Shown: positions 60,030 to 64,000 of the stretch, piece after piece | Numbering within the stretch: the first letter of the stretch is position 1 | Layout: the number at the start of each line of letters is the position of its first letter | From: Neocallimastix sp. 'constans' | Lineage: Eukaryota | Direction of reading: 5' to 3' | Length of the DNA stretch: 64,000 nt | Assembly (NCBI GenBank): GCA_050613775.1 | Contig: JBODTK010000015.1 | Span: forward strand, 744,001 to 808,000 | Position numbers and translations under genes: made by a program | Notes under the pieces: model-generated | What the model was told of the DNA's origin: nothing | Seen by the model: the letters and a program-made list of their open reading frames with translations, nothing else | Database searches by the model: none

Positions 60030-62701
60030 ATTCAATTTTTTTTTTATTTATATCTTCACCATGTTCTACTAAATATTCTACTAATTCTTTTTTACTTCTT
60101 TCACAGGCCTTAAATATAATAATTTTTTTTTATCTCTAATCTATATTTGCTCCATGATTTAATAAGTATCATAAATGCTTCCTTGATTCGCATAAAATAA
60201 TGATGTTTTTCCATATTTATTTCTTTTTTTATATCTGCTCCATGTTTTATTAAGTATTTTACTAAATCTTTATTTCCACTTTTACGTGCATTAAATAATG
60301 GCGTTTCACCATTCCATTTTTCTATATTTATATCTGCTCCATGTTCTACTAAATATTCCACTAAATATTTATTTCCACTTTTACATGCATTAAATAATGG
60401 TGTTTCACCATCTTTATTTTCTTTATTTATATCTGCTCCATGCTCTATTAAGTATTTTACTAAATCTTTATTTCTACTTTCAACTGCCTTAAATAATGGT
60501 GTTTCTTTATTTCTATTTTCTTTATTTATATCTGCTCCATGTTCTGCTAAACATTCTACTACATCTTTATTTCTGTTTTCAATCGCCTTAAATAATGGTG
60601 TTTTACCATCTTCATTTTCTTTATTTATATCTGCTCCATGTTTTATTAAGTATATTACTAAATCTTTATTTCCACTTTTACATGCATTAAATAATGGTGT
60701 TTCACCATTCCAATTTTCTTTATTTATATCTGCTCCATGTTCTACTAAATATTCCACTAAATCTTTATTTCCACTTTTACATGCATTAAATAATGGCGTT
60801 TCATCATTCCATTTTTCTTTATTTATATCTGCTCCATGTTTTACTAAGCATTCTACTAAATCTTTATTTCCACTTTTAATTGCCCTAAATAATGGTGTTT
60901 CACCGATCCATTCTTTATTTATATCTGCTCCATGTTCTACTAAACATTCTACTAAATCTTCTTTTCCACTTTTAACTGCCCTAAATAATGGTGTTTCACC
61001 ATCTTCATCTTCTTTATTTATTTCAGCTCCATGTTCCACTAAACATTCAACTACATCTTTATTTCTGTTTTCAATCGCCTTAAATAATGGTGTTTTACCA
61101 TCTTCATTTTCTTTATTTATATCTGCTCCATGTTCTACTAAGTATTCCACTAAATATTTATTTCCACTTTCAACTGCCCTAAATAATGGTTCTTCTTTAT
61201 TTCTATTTTCTTTATTTATATCTGCTCCATGTTCTACTAGATATTCTACTAAATATTTATTTCCACTTTCAATTGCCTCAAATAATAATGTTTCACCACT
61301 ATATTTGTTTTCTTTATTTATATCTACTCCATTTTCTACCAAGCATTCTATTAAATCTGTATTTCCATATTTAAATGCCTTAAATAATAATAATTTACCA
61401 TAATTATTTTCTTTATTTATATCTGCTCCATTTTCTACTAAGAATTCTACTAAATCTTTATTTCCACTTTCAATTGCCTTAAATAATGGTGTTTCACCAT
61501 ATGCATTTTCTTTATTTATTTCTACTTTATGTTCTACTATTAAGTATTCTACTAATTCTTTATTTCCCTTTTCACATGCCTTAAATAATGGTGTTTCATC
61601 ATTCCATTTTTCTTTATTTATATCTGCTCCATTTTCTATTAAGTATACTACTAAATCTTTATTTCCACTTTCAATTGCACTAAATATTGGTGTTTCTTTA
61701 CTATATTTATTTTCTTTATTTATATCTGCTGAATGTTCTACTAAACATTCTACTAAATCTTTATTTCCACTTTTACATGCATAAAATAATGGTGTTTCTT
61801 TATTTCCACTTTTACATGCATAAAATAATGGTGTTTCTTTATTTCCACTTTTACATGCATAAAATAATGGTGTTTCTTTATTTCCACTTTCTTTATTTAT
61901 ATCTGATCTATGTTTTACTACTAAATATTCCACTAAATCTTTATTTCCACTTTCACAGGCCTTAAATATTATTGTTTTACCATATGTATTTTCTTTATTT
62001 ATATCTGCTTCAAATTCTACTAAATATTCTACTAAATCTTTATTTCCACTTTTGCATGCCTTAAATAATGGTGTTTCACCATTCCATTTTTTTTTTATTT
62101 ATATCTGCTCCATGTTCTACTATGTATTCCACTAATTCTTTATTTCCATTTTCACAAGCCTTAAATAATGGTGTTTCATTAAAATAATTATTTTCTTTAT
62201 TATATTTGCTCCATTTTCTACTAAGTATTCTATTAAATCTTTATTTCCACTTTCACATGCCTTAAATAATGGTGTTTCACCATTCTTATAAACTATTTTA
62301 TCTATAGCTACTCCATATACTATTAAATATTTTAATAAATTTGTATTCCCATTTTCGATTTTATAAATAATTTTATTGTAAAAATTATATTCTCTTTTAT
62401 AATATAATATAATTTTATATTTATCTTTAGAAAGTTCATAATTTAAATTCTTTGTAAGAGTTTTATTTTTATAAAGAAAGAGTAAAAATTTAATAAATTC
62501 ATTATCATAAAATTTTTAAGTATAAAAAATATTTTTTAATTCCTTTATGTTAGAATTCTTTATTAAATCTTTTATTTTAGATGAAGTTATATATAAATCA
62601 TCTTCTTCATTACTTGTTAGAGTTTTTAGTCTTATAGAGGTATGTCCATTATCATTGAATTTTTTAGATTTTATATCTCTCTTCTTTTTACAGTTATTCA
62701 T
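60030..62701 (-). pseudogene. Large ankyrin-repeat gene (about 20 repeats), disrupted; 607 aa internal open frame at 60110-61933
   Basis: Repeats of ETPLFKACxSGNKDLVEYLVEHGADINKE. The N-terminus from ATG 62701 reads through an in-frame TAA (62516-62518) into KFYDNEFIKFLLFLYKNK. Indels near 62200, 62090 and 60220. Confidence 0.85.
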
Positions 62702-62807
62702 ATTACTTTTATTTTATACTGCGTGTCGTAATTTTTTTTCTTTATTTAATTATTTACTTATTTATTTAATTATTTATTTATTAAATAAATAAATGCATTA
62801 TTTTTTA

Positions 62808-62840
<33 letters not shown>

Positions 62841-63219
62841 GAATCCATTTATATTTATATTTTTTATAAGTTCATTAAAATAAAATGAACTATGTAAAAC
62901 GGAAAATATATATAATAATATTATATATATTAAATAATTAAAATAAAAAAAAATAGAAATAAAAAATAGAACAAAAATTTAAAAAGAATATTCAATCGAT
63001 TAAAAGAGTTCTATGTCCGAGATAAAATATTCTTATATATATATATATTACTATTTCCATTTTTTATAATTAATTCATTATCATTTAATAAAAATATTAA
63101 AATATTAATAATTAATATAAAAAATTTTATATAAAAATTAGATTTAACAATCAGAAAAAAAATATTCTAACCTTTTAAATTTTATAACTCTCTAAGAACT
63201 AATTATTAAAGTAAGTCCA

Positions 63220-63268
<49 letters not shown>

Positions 63269-63599
63269 AACAAAAAATAAAATTTTAACATTCTTTTTTA
63301 TGTTTTTATGTATTTATTTTTTTTTTATTTTAATTCTTTTTTTTTTTCCTTTTTTTTTTTTTCTTTTTAATAATTTCAAAATCTATTTATTAAATAACTT
63401 AATAATGATATTTATATAAAAAAAAAATAAAAATAAAAATAAAAATAAGAAAAAAATAAAAATATAATAAGCTTATAATTTCAATAATATTCTATAGTTT
63501 AACTTTATTAATTTTTAAATTTCTTTTATCTTTTTTTTAATAATTGTTTATTATATAAAAATTTTTTATTTATGATTATATAATATAATGGTTTTATTT

Positions 63600-64000
63600 T
63601 ATATTCAATTTTTTTTATTTATATCTTTACTATATTATATTAAACATTCTACTAATCCTTTTGTACTACTTTCACAGGTTTTAAATAAAGATTAGATATT
63701 TTTTATATCTAATCTATATATACTTCATGATTTAATAAATATTTTCATATATCATGATTTCTTCCATCTGCCATATTATACTAAACATTATACTATATCT
63801 TTATTTCCAATTTCACATGCCTTAAATAATGGGGTTTCATTGTTTTTATTTTCTTTTTCCATTTTTACTCCATAGTCTAATAAATATTTAATTAAATTTT
63901 TATTGCCACTTTGACATGTATCAAATAAATGTATTTTAACATTTTTATAAACTATTTTATTTATATCCACCTCATGTTCACCTAAATATTTTAATAATAT
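63600..64000 (-). pseudogene. 3' end of a second, tandem ankyrin-repeat gene (degenerate, truncated by the window edge)
   Basis: NETPLFKACEIGNKDIV*. Its downstream flank 62960-63720 is paralogous to 59500-60130. Confidence 0.75.

Noticed and set aside
61186..61965. Plus-strand hydrophobic ORFs over the ankyrin gene
   Set aside because: Antisense shadows of the ankyrin repeats.

Overview
Extremely AT-rich eukaryotic DNA, most likely from an anaerobic gut fungus (Neocallimastigomycota). This is inferred from the intronless bacterial-type xylose isomerase, the CBM18/LRR and ankyrin families, and the base composition. Layout: (1) xylA at 4346-5659 among AT microsatellites. (2) A Ty1/copia RT-RNaseH relic and an ankyrin relic at about 8.7-10.6 kb. 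(3) A ~30 kb head-to-tail array (about 10620-40750) of seven ~4-4.8 kb composite units. Each unit holds a non-LTR RT fragment, an ankyrin fragment, a GGACC minisatellite and an unidentified GC-richer ~1.3 kb core; unit 1 also carries a poly-A/TSD retro-insertion. (4) Three near-identical 8-exon genes, two tandem on minus and one inverted on plus, that the ORF track misses in their true frame. They encode a secreted LRR - Thr/Lys linker - LRR - Thr/Lys linker - CBM18 (chitin-binding) protein. (5) A tandem pair of disrupted ankyrin-repeat genes at the right end. All coordinates were read by eye, so repeat boundaries are approximate.
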